DNA from: Nitrospinota bacterium
GTDB lineage: Bacteria; UBA8248
Direction: 5' to 3'
NCBI GenBank assembly: GCA_036231405.1
Contig: JAZAHK010000032.1
Location: forward strand, 1-34,442
Length of the DNA: 34,442 bases
Shown here one piece after another: positions 8,939 through 17,116 of this stretch. The notes beneath the pieces are model-generated. The model was not told where the DNA came from, searched no databases, and saw nothing but the letters and a program-made list of their open reading frames with translations. Numbering within the stretch: the first letter of the stretch is position 1; each line of letters starts with the position of its first letter. Made by a program: the position numbers and the translations under genes.

Positions 8939-10102
8939 ATGACATTCAATTTTGACATAGCATCTGGTCCAAAAGTTATTTTTGGACACCAATCCATTTT
9001 AAAACTCGGAGAAGAATGCACAAAACTAAACATCAAATCTCCAATGGTTTTAACAGATCCAGGTTTGAAATCTAGTGGTGCAATTGACGTTGTATTTAAG
9101 AGTCTTAAGAAAGAAAAAATTAATTTTCAATTATACGACAAAGTTGAACCAAACCCGTCAGATAAGAGTATAGAAGATGCTAACAACAGATTCAAAGAAG
9201 GAGAGTGTGATAGTTTGATTGCTGCTGGTGGTGGAAGCACTATGGACACGGCAAAAGCTGTATCAGTTTTGTTTTCGAACGGCGAAAAACTGAGTAACTG
9301 GTACGGAAGAGGAAAAACATTAAAACAAGGACCTCCCATAATAACTGTTCCTACTACGGCAGGAACAGGAAGCGAAGTTACGAGAAGTTCAATTATAACT
9401 GACACAAAACTTCAGATTAAAACTGCGATGGGGAATGATACTATGTTCGCAAAACTGGCAATTGTTGATTCCTCACTACTTGCCAAACTACCTCGCGAAA
9501 TTGCCGCTGGCGCACTTATGGATGCGTTGACTCATTCGATAGAATCCATCGGTTCCCCAGATTCATCTCCATGGACAGAAGGGTTAGCCTTTAAATCAAT
9601 AGAATTAATTGGAAGATACGCTAGAGAATACGTAGACGACCCGAGTTTGAAAGAATCTGCTGACCCAATTTCACTTGCTGCAACACTTGCAGGAAGAGCA
9701 TTTACGCACACTGGACTTGGGATAGTTCATTCGCTTGCCCATCCCCTTGGGGCTTATCACCAATTACATCATGGCACTGTAAACGGTATTTTCTTACCTT
9801 CAGTGATGAGATTCAATTTGCCAAAAATGAAAAAAAAATATGCAGAAATGAATAGGTTACTTTCACCAGAAACTAATAATCAAAAAAATCAAGATGAACT
9901 TCTACAAGCTGAAGAGACTATTAAATCTATTGAAGAGTTAGCACATGATATAGAAATACCTAAAACTCTTAGAGAACTTGATATAACGAAAAAAAATCTT
10001 GAAGTAATGTCAAAAGACGCAGTTGAAAGTCATCAGGTTAATACAAATCCTGTACCTGCAACCGAAGAAGATTTGAAAAAATTATACGAAGACCTCCTAT
10101 AG
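8939..10102 (+). CDS. Iron-containing alcohol dehydrogenase
   Basis: GGGSTMDTAK, PTTAGTGSE, DALTHSIE, GIVHSLAH, HHG metal ligands. Confidence 0.93.
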   Translation: MTFNFDIASGPKVIFGHQSILKLGEECTKLNIKSPMVLTDPGLKSSGAIDVVFKSLKKEKINFQLYDKVEPNPSDKSIEDANNRFKEGECDSLIAAGGGSTMDTAKAVSVLFSNGEKLSNWYGRGKTLKQGPPIITVPTTAGTGSEVTRSSIITDTKLQIKTAMGNDTMFAKLAIVDSSLLAKLPREIAAGALMDALTHSIESIGSPDSSPWTEGLAFKSIELIGRYAREYVDDPSLKESADPISLAATLAGRAFTHTGLGIVHSLAHPLGAYHQLHHGTVNGIFLPSVMRFNLPKMKKKYAEMNRLLSPETNNQKNQDELLQAEETIKSIEELAHDIEIPKTLRELDITKKNLEVMSKDAVESHQVNTNPVPATEEDLKKLYEDLL

Positions 10103-10849
10103 AAAGATTCTTAAAACTCTATAGGAGAGAGGACCAAAATATTTACAAAGGTATGTTGCACCCAAAATAAGCCCTCTTTTTTTCGAATATTCTTGTTTGT
10201 TGACTAAGACTATGTCGTGCTGCAAGGACTTTCGGCTTCTTGCGATAACCATAAAGCCTTCACTATCTAATAAATCTAAAACATCTTGTTTAGTCTTCTG
10301 ATCTTTCCAAACCTCTTCTGTCTCCACTTCAACATGGATCAAACTAACTAAGTCTTTCACACCACTTAACCCATTTAACACTTCAAATGATCCTCCTTCC
10401 ACATCTATCCAAAGTGCTATACTTTTTGGAAGAACAGGCAAAGACAGTACAAAAGAATCAACTCTTGTGGTTTCAACCTTAACCTTATTATGACCCTTAC
10501 TAATTTCATCTACTCTTGCTCTAGTAGAACTTACACCACCATGTCTATTGTCTCTCCCATCATCTTTGATGAAAATCTCTTCTTCGTAAAAATCTACTTC
10601 TCCATCAATATCTGATACTGCTTTATTCATAATAGAAATATTAAGAGGATTAAAAACAGGATTTTCTTCCATCTTTTTATAATTTAAAGAATTTGCTTCA
10701 AATGAAACAATTTGAGATTCTGGGAGTAAATCCCTCATCCTAATCGCATCTCTTCCATCTAAACTGCCTATATCAAATACTAAATCTGGTTTAAAAATGA
10801 ATAACAAGCTATTGAAAAGATATTTGGTCCTTTTCAATATCGTTTCCAT
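10097..10849 (-). CDS. FkbM family SAM-dependent methyltransferase
   Basis: VFDIGSLDG, SFEAN, NKAVSD, TTRVD, WIDVEG; GAGGA RBS; 6-bp convergent overlap with the ADH stop. Confidence 0.8.
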   Translation of the reverse strand: METILKRTKYLFNSLLFIFKPDLVFDIGSLDGRDAIRMRDLLPESQIVSFEANSLNYKKMEENPVFNPLNISIMNKAVSDIDGEVDFYEEEIFIKDDGRDNRHGGVSSTRARVDEISKGHNKVKVETTRVDSFVLSLPVLPKSIALWIDVEGGSFEVLNGLSGVKDLVSLIHVEVETEEVWKDQKTKQDVLDLLDSEGFMVIARSRKSLQHDIVLVNKQEYSKKRGLILGATYLCKYFGPLSYRVLRIFL

Positions 10850-10975
10850 ATTAATCCTCTCTTTTTTTACAATAAGAATACATTAGCTTAGAATATAGGA
10901 TACAACTTGTTTAATTTAAATCTTCAAATTTATAATTTTTTGATTTTAAGAACTACATTGAAAGGGTTAGTGTTA

Positions 10976-11494
10976 ATGGGAATTGGAAGGGTAATTATTA
11001 CAGAAAAATCCATCAAAGAAAGAATTAAAATACTGACCAGAGAAATCGAACAAACAAACATTTCAGACTATCTCCACGTTATTATTGTTCTAAAGGGAGG
11101 TGCATTTTTTGCTTGCGACATCTTAACTAATCTTCAAAAAGAAACCACCCTAGGATTCATAGAGGCTTCTAGTTATTTAGACAAGATAGAAAGTTCTGGT
11201 GAGATAAAATTAGAGAATTCAAACACTGGAATTGTTAAGGATAGACATATATTATTAATAGACGATATTTTGGATACTGGGCAAACTCTAAAAACAACCA
11301 AAAAAAAGATCCTAGAATTTCAACCAAAATCAATTAAGACATGCGTACTTCTTGATAAACCTTCACGCCGAATTGTAGACTGTCAAGCAGATTTTGTGGG
11401 TTTTACTATAGAAAATTTCTTTGTAGTTGGATATGGATTAGATTTTAACAATAGATATAGACATCTTCGTGATATCCATATTTTTACTCCTTAG
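10976..11494 (+). CDS. hpt: Hypoxanthine phosphoribosyltransferase
   Basis: VLKGG, ASSY, LLIDDILDTGQTL PRPP motif, LLDKPSRR, FVVGYGLD..YRHL; start placed at ATG 10976. Confidence 0.93.
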   Translation: MGIGRVIITEKSIKERIKILTREIEQTNISDYLHVIIVLKGGAFFACDILTNLQKETTLGFIEASSYLDKIESSGEIKLENSNTGIVKDRHILLIDDILDTGQTLKTTKKKILEFQPKSIKTCVLLDKPSRRIVDCQADFVGFTIENFFVVGYGLDFNNRYRHLRDIHIFTP

Positions 11495-11542
11495 AAAAAA
11501 GTCAAAACAAAATTCTAATCTTACCTGAACTCAGAGGGGAAA

Positions 11543-12457
11543 ATGTCTAAAAAAGGTCATATTACAATTGTTGAAGTTGGGACGAGAGATGGGATGCAAA
11601 TTGAGAAAGAGTTCATCCCAACTGAACAGAAGATTAAAATTGTAAATTTAATTTCAGATTCTGGTATCCAGAGAATTGAAGTAACTAGTTTCGTAAGTCC
11701 AAAACATGTTCCACAATTATCAGATGCTAAGGAAGTAATGGACAATATAAAAAGAAAAGTTGGAGTTGAATACGAAGCACTTATCCCGAATACGATGGGC
11801 ATGGAACGAGCGTTAGAATGCGATTTAGACAGAATTAGTCTGTTTGTGTCAAGTAGTGAAAAGTTTAACAATAAAAATTTAAGGGCTTCCCGTTCAGAAA
11901 TGATTAAAAAATCAAAAGAAGTTTCCGAAATTGCTATTAGAAACAAAATTAAAGTACGTGGGGCAGTAGTTACTGCATTCGGTTGTCCGTACGAAGGAAA
12001 AATCCCATTTAAATCTTTGGAATGGGTGGTTAAAGAATACCTTGAAATGGGTTGTGATGAAATATGCTTGGCCGATACAGTAGGGATGTCAAATCCCATA
12101 CATGTAAAAGAAATAACAGAAAAGCTAAGGAACATTGCACCGGATGCGAATTATTCTCTTCACTTTCATAACACCAGAGGTTTAGGACTTGCGAACCTTT
12201 TCGCGGGATTAGAAATTGGAATCAAAACTTTTGATTCTTCGATTGGTGGTCTTGGTGGATGTCCATTCGCGCCAAAAGCAACAGGAAATATAAGTACTGA
12301 AGATGCAGTAAATATGCTCCATGAAATGGGATATAGCACTAACATTAACCTAAATAAAATATTTAAGGCGGTCTCCTCACTAGAAAAAATTTTATTACGA
12401 CAATTACCTGGGCAATTATTTCACGCTGGCGTACCAAAATGGAAAACTAAGAAATAA
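11543..12457 (+). CDS. Hydroxymethylglutaryl-CoA lyase family (DRE-TIM) enzyme
   Basis: EVGTRDGMQ, TSFVSPK.VPQL, AFGCPYEG, LADTVG, LHFHNTRG, GGCPFAP.ATGN. Confidence 0.9.
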   Translation: MSKKGHITIVEVGTRDGMQIEKEFIPTEQKIKIVNLISDSGIQRIEVTSFVSPKHVPQLSDAKEVMDNIKRKVGVEYEALIPNTMGMERALECDLDRISLFVSSSEKFNNKNLRASRSEMIKKSKEVSEIAIRNKIKVRGAVVTAFGCPYEGKIPFKSLEWVVKEYLEMGCDEICLADTVGMSNPIHVKEITEKLRNIAPDANYSLHFHNTRGLGLANLFAGLEIGIKTFDSSIGGLGGCPFAPKATGNISTEDAVNMLHEMGYSTNINLNKIFKAVSSLEKILLRQLPGQLFHAGVPKWKTKK

Positions 12458-12479
12458 CTACATTTCATATGAAATACAC

Positions 12480-12509
12480 TTGTTAAAATTAAAAAAAATT
12501 GCATACAAT
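12480..12509 (+). promoter_or_regulatory. Putative promoter with overlapping GntR-type operator palindrome ATTGCATACAAT (12498-12509)
   Basis: TTGTTA, 18 nt, TACAAT; the 12-bp near-perfect palindrome covers the -10; the operon ends in a GntR gene. Confidence 0.55.
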
Positions 12510-12544
12510 ATACGATATTTTCTTATAAAAGAGAGATACTATAT

Positions 12545-14089
12545 ATGGAAGATAGGTTAGAAGAACTCAGAAAGATTCTAGGCGACGCCTCTTTGAAAGG
12601 AGGTAGAGCATCGGAAAAAAGACAACATCAACAAGGAAAGTTGACCGCAAGAGAAAGAATTTCTTTTCTACTTGATGAAGATAGTTTTTCTGAATTAGGT
12701 TTGTTAATGGAATCTCGCTCCTCTGATTTTGGCATGGATTCTAAGCGTAGTGCAGGAGATGGTGTCATAACTGGAAGTGGAAAAATATCCGGCCAAAAGG
12801 TTTTTGTTGCTGCACAAGATTTCGGAACACTCGGTGGATCGCTAGGAGAAATTCATGCACAGAAAATCATTCGCATACAAAAACTGGCTTTAAAAATGGG
12901 AGTTCCAATAATTTTAATTCTGGATTCAGGGGGAGCAAGAATACAAGAAGGAGTTTTATCCCTACATGGGTATGCACAAATTTTCAGAATGAACACCTTA
13001 TCTTCAGGTGTCATTCCACAGATTTCGATTATCCTTGGACCATGCGCTGGAGGGGCAGTTTATTCACCAGCTATTACAGATTTCATTTTCATGGTTGAGG
13101 GTCTTAGTAAGATGTTTATTACTGGGCCCGACGTGATAAAATCTGTCACGGGAGAGGAAGTTACATTTGAAGATTTGGGCGGTGCTGACGTACATTCTAA
13201 AAAAAGTGGAAATGCACATTTCACATCAAAGGATGAGGAAGGTTGTTTTAATCTAGTTAAAAAATTGTTAGCCTTTTTACCATCGAACAATATAGATAAA
13301 TGTCCCGTCGCAGAAATCCCTAATTCCCCACCTGATGAGAATCCCATACTAGAAAAAATAGTACCTACATCTTCTACAGATTCTTATGATGTAAGAGAAA
13401 TAATTTCTAATATTTTTGATAGTGGAGATTTCCTTGAAGTACAATCTGAATTTGCCAAAAATATTGTCGTTGGTTTCGCGAGACTAAGAGGTAATACAGT
13501 CGGTATTGTCGCCAATCAACCTGCTCATCTCGCAGGAGTTTTGGATATTGACAGTTCAGACAAATTGGCCCGTTTTGTTCGTTTTTCTGACTCATTCAAT
13601 ATTCCCATTATTAATTTTGTAGATGTCCCAGGATATTTACCTGGGACTCAACAAGAATATGGAGGTGTAATTCGCCATGGAGCAAAAGTGCTTTATGCTT
13701 ATAGCGAAGCAACAGTCCCGAAAATTGCAATTATTCTTCGTAAGAGTTATGGAGGAGCATATATCGCCCTCAGTGGTTTGGGTCTTGGGTATGACCATGT
13801 GTTCGCTTTTCCTACAGCTGAAATTGCAGTAATGGGACCAGAGGGCGCGTCAAATATTATTTTTCGTCAAGAGATTGAAAAATCCATTGACCCTGAAAAA
13901 ACAAGACAAGAAAAAATACAAAATTATAAAGATATGTTTGCTAAACCTTATACTGCAGCAAAACAGGGTTTTGTAGACACAATAATTGAACCACGTTTTG
14001 CTCGTCAAGAACTCGCTAATTGCCTAGAAATACTTTCATTAAAAAGAGAAAATCGTCCGAATAAAAAACATGGAAATATCCCTCTTTAA
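12545..14089 (+). CDS. mmdA: Acyl-CoA carboxyltransferase; alpha subunit of a (methyl)malonyl-CoA decarboxylase-type Na+ pump
   Basis: GKLTARERI, DSGGARIQEG, GPCAGGAVYSPA, DVPGYLPG, IRHGAK, KKHGNIPL; context with delta, gamma and beta genes. Confidence 0.85.
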   Translation: MEDRLEELRKILGDASLKGGRASEKRQHQQGKLTARERISFLLDEDSFSELGLLMESRSSDFGMDSKRSAGDGVITGSGKISGQKVFVAAQDFGTLGGSLGEIHAQKIIRIQKLALKMGVPIILILDSGGARIQEGVLSLHGYAQIFRMNTLSSGVIPQISIILGPCAGGAVYSPAITDFIFMVEGLSKMFITGPDVIKSVTGEEVTFEDLGGADVHSKKSGNAHFTSKDEEGCFNLVKKLLAFLPSNNIDKCPVAEIPNSPPDENPILEKIVPTSSTDSYDVREIISNIFDSGDFLEVQSEFAKNIVVGFARLRGNTVGIVANQPAHLAGVLDIDSSDKLARFVRFSDSFNIPIINFVDVPGYLPGTQQEYGGVIRHGAKVLYAYSEATVPKIAIILRKSYGGAYIALSGLGLGYDHVFAFPTAEIAVMGPEGASNIIFRQEIEKSIDPEKTRQEKIQNYKDMFAKPYTAAKQGFVDTIIEPRFARQELANCLEILSLKRENRPNKKHGNIPL

Positions 14090-14110
14090 TTTTTTAAAGG
14101 ATTAGATGAA

Positions 14111-14401
14111 ATGTACCCTCTACTAACACAAGGATTAAAGTTAACGATTATAGGAACAACCTTTGTTTTCATATCGCTCTTTTTCCTGTGTTTGATCATA
14201 AAAATGCTTAGTTTTTTTCTAAAAGAGGGAGAAATAAAAGAAGAGGAAACAAAAGATTTAGATACAGATCTAGTTATTTCTGCATCTGTAGCATATTTTT
14301 TAGAGCAATCAAACGACAAAATATATATTCCAAAGATTTATAGAGAAGACTCAAATTGGCTACTTGAATCTAGGATTAATCCCATTACAACTGAGGGATA
14401 A
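14111..14401 (+). CDS. mmdD: OadG/MmdD-family membrane anchor (delta) subunit
   Basis: Single N-terminal TM (GLKLTIIGTTFVFISLFFL), LVISASVA helix, C-terminal SNW...R; lies between alpha and the biotin carrier. Confidence 0.75.
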   Translation: MYPLLTQGLKLTIIGTTFVFISLFFLCLIIKMLSFFLKEGEIKEEETKDLDTDLVISASVAYFLEQSNDKIYIPKIYREDSNWLLESRINPITTEG

Positions 14402-14402
14402 A

Positions 14403-14780
14403 TTGAAAAAATTTTCGTTAAGAATAAACAACAAAGATTACAAAATTGAAGCAGTACGACTAGAAAGCCCAGGAAAATTAAAAATTAACGTAAACGGTGT
14501 TGACCATGTCGTGCAGATTGAAGATGAGACAACACCCTCAGTTCAAAACCTAAGTTCTTCTCATGCCTCCAAAAATATTCGGGCACCACTTCCTGGAGAG
14601 GTCCTTTCTATAGAAGTATCAGTCGGACAAACGGTAACTGCAGGAACAAAATTATTAATACTTGAAGCCATGAAAATGGAAAATATTATTACTGCGGAAG
14701 CAGATGGAAAAGTTTCGGCTATTTTTATAAACAAAGGAGATAAAGTAGAAGCAGGACAGGAGTTAATTAAAATAGAATGA
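14403..14780 (+). CDS. mmdC: Biotin carboxyl carrier (gamma) subunit
   Basis: IRAPLPG, ILEAMKMEN biotinylation motif; TTG start at 14403 behind GAGGGA (track start 14364). Confidence 0.88.
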   Translation: MKKFSLRINNKDYKIEAVRLESPGKLKINVNGVDHVVQIEDETTPSVQNLSSSHASKNIRAPLPGEVLSIEVSVGQTVTAGTKLLILEAMKMENIITAEADGKVSAIFINKGDKVEAGQELIKIE

Positions 14781-15901
14781 AAGATTTAGTTACTTCTTTA
14801 AACGATTTCTTTGTGCTATCTGGAATTTACTCTCTTAGTTTGGGTAGTTTCCTGATGATACTTATTGCGTGCATTTTGCTTTTTTTAGCAATTTCTAAGG
14901 GATTCGAACCTCTTTTACTAATTCCAATAGGATTTGGAATGTTATTATCAAATCTTCCAAACTCTGACATCTTCTCAGAAGGTGGGTTAATAAATTTCTT
15001 TTACTTTGGAGTCAAATTTGGAATATTTCCGCCTCTAATTTTTATGGGAATTGGCGCACTTACAGATTTCAGTCCTCTTATATCAAATCCTAAAACTATA
15101 CTTCTTGGAGCGGCGGCACAATTTGGAATTTTTACAACACTCTTAGGTAGTATTTATTTAGGCTTTAATCTATCTCAATCTGCAGCAATTGGAATAATAG
15201 GAGGTGCTGATGGTCCCACAGCTATTTACACCGCGTCAAAATTAGCCCCAGAATTAATTGGACCGATTGCTGTTGCAGCCTACAGTTATATGGCTCTTGT
15301 CCCAGTAATCCAGCCTCCAATAATAAAAGCTTTAACCACTCGAGAAGAACGCTCTCGTGAAATGGAAGTTCCACCACCTACTAATCAGAAAATCTTAATT
15401 TTATTTCCAATTATCACAACTATATTTACAGGTTTATTACTTCCATCTGCTATTCCTTTAATCGGAATGTTGATGTTAGGAAATCTATTTCGAGAATCAC
15501 GCGTGGTCGAAAGACTCGTTAAAACAACAGGAAACTCACTTCTTAATATAATCACTATTTTTCTCGGTGTGTCTGTGGGAGCATCTATGACGTCAGAGAG
15601 TTTCCTGAAATGGGAAACAATAGGGATTTTACTTTTGGGACTATTTGCGTTTGCAATTGGAACTGCGACAGGTGTTATTTTTGGGAAATTAATGTCTTTC
15701 TTCAGCAAAACCCCTATTAATCCAATGATTGGAGCAGCAGGAGTAAGTGCTGTGCCAATGTCAGCTAGAGTTGTACAGAAAATAGGATTGGATGAAAATC
15801 CGAAGAATTTTCTACTTATGCACGCAATGGGACCAAATGTTGCAGGTGTAATTGGTTCTGCAATAGCAGCTGGGTTGTTGATATCTCTGATACAAAACTA
15901 A
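14777..15901 (+). CDS. mmdB: Na+-translocating carboxybiotin decarboxylase beta subunit (OadB/MmdB/GcdB family)
   Basis: FEPLLLIPIGFG, GIIGGADGPT, AAYSYMALVP, NPMIGAAGVSAVPMSAR, HAMGPNVAGVIGS; ATGA overlap with gamma. Confidence 0.93.
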   Translation: MKDLVTSLNDFFVLSGIYSLSLGSFLMILIACILLFLAISKGFEPLLLIPIGFGMLLSNLPNSDIFSEGGLINFFYFGVKFGIFPPLIFMGIGALTDFSPLISNPKTILLGAAAQFGIFTTLLGSIYLGFNLSQSAAIGIIGGADGPTAIYTASKLAPELIGPIAVAAYSYMALVPVIQPPIIKALTTREERSREMEVPPPTNQKILILFPIITTIFTGLLLPSAIPLIGMLMLGNLFRESRVVERLVKTTGNSLLNIITIFLGVSVGASMTSESFLKWETIGILLLGLFAFAIGTATGVIFGKLMSFFSKTPINPMIGAAGVSAVPMSARVVQKIGLDENPKNFLLMHAMGPNVAGVIGSAIAAGLLISLIQN

Positions 15902-15913
15902 GGGAATTGACTA

Positions 15914-17104
15914 ATGAGTGCTCCACTAAAAGACATTAAAATCTTAGATCTAACCAGAATTCTTGCAGGTCCATATTGCACGATGATGCTCGGAGATATG
16001 GGTGCAGAAATTATAAAAGTAGAAAATCCGAAAAATGGAGACGATACACGAGGTTGGGGACCACCCTTCCTAAACGGAGTAAGCACTTATTTTATTTCGG
16101 TCAATAGAAATAAAAAAAGCATAACATTGAACTTAAAACATGTTGAAGGAAAAAAAATCCTCAACAAACTAATAAAAGAGTGTGATGTTTTGGTGGAAAA
16201 TTTTCGTCCCGGCACATTAGAGAGACTCGGCTTCCCATGGACTGAGATTCAGAAAATTAATGAAAAAATCATTTTTGCATCGGTTTCTGGATTTGGACAA
16301 ACGGGTCCTCGTAAAAACGAACCTGGGTTTGATGTAGTTATTCAGGGGGAAGGAGGTATTATGAGCATAACAGGGGAACCTGACGGACCTCCCACAAAAG
16401 TAGGTGCTTCGATTGGAGATATCACCGCTGGAATGCTAGCTGCTCAAGGGATACTCCTAGCACTTTACAATCGAGAGAAAACTGGCAAGGGACAGATGGT
16501 CGATATAAGTATGTTAGATGGTCAAATTTCGTTGCTAACATATCATGCAAATGCTTTTTTCGCGACAGGCAAAATCCCAAACAGAAGAGGTAATAGACAT
16601 CCGTCAATTACGCCATATGAGACTTATAAATGTAGAAATGGTTTCTTTAATTTGGGTGTGGGGAATGACTCTCTTTGGATAAAATTCTGTGATTCATTAG
16701 AACTAGACGAATTAAAAGAAGATAAACGCTTTCAAATAAATGCGGACAGAGTCAAGAACAGAACAGAATTAGAAGAAATTCTTATCCCTTTTTTCGAAAA
16801 TTTTGAACTGGAAAAAATAATCAATATACTTAGGGATGCTGGAATTCCATGTGGAGCAATCAATAACTTAGAAAACGCACTCAATAACCCACAGGTCGTG
16901 GCAAGAGAAATGACACAAGAAATTGAAATTCCAGAAGTTGGAAAAACTAAAATAACTGGCATACCTATAAAAATGTCTGAAACTCCAGGATCTATCAGGA
17001 TTCCTCCACCCGGCTTAGGAGAGCATACGACCCAGATTCTTAAAAATTATCTTTATTTTTCTGATATAGAAATAAAAAACCTACGAGAGAAAAACGTAAT
17101 ATAA
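15914..17104 (+). CDS. Family III CoA-transferase (CaiB/BaiF/Frc family)
   Basis: LDLTRILAGP, GAEIIKVE, NRNKKS, DVLVENFRPG, SGFGQTGP, SIGDITAG catalytic Asp, PPGLGEHT. Confidence 0.95.
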   Translation: MSAPLKDIKILDLTRILAGPYCTMMLGDMGAEIIKVENPKNGDDTRGWGPPFLNGVSTYFISVNRNKKSITLNLKHVEGKKILNKLIKECDVLVENFRPGTLERLGFPWTEIQKINEKIIFASVSGFGQTGPRKNEPGFDVVIQGEGGIMSITGEPDGPPTKVGASIGDITAGMLAAQGILLALYNREKTGKGQMVDISMLDGQISLLTYHANAFFATGKIPNRRGNRHPSITPYETYKCRNGFFNLGVGNDSLWIKFCDSLELDELKEDKRFQINADRVKNRTELEEILIPFFENFELEKIINILRDAGIPCGAINNLENALNNPQVVAREMTQEIEIPEVGKTKITGIPIKMSETPGSIRIPPPGLGEHTTQILKNYLYFSDIEIKNLREKNVI

Positions 17105-17116
17105 AGGAAAATAGTT

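Noticed and set aside
11557-12135. 192-aa antisense ORF, and similar shadow ORFs at 1042, 15385, 19825, 20778, 21481, 30434 and 33791
   Set aside because: They lie largely or wholly opposite well-supported conserved genes and have no recognisable motifs; they are antisense shadows.
12545-14089. Alpha subunit as an ordinary propionyl-CoA carboxylase beta chain (pccB)
   Set aside because: No biotin carboxylase is adjacent, and the OadG-like, biotin carrier and OadB-like genes follow directly, indicating a decarboxylase Na+ pump.
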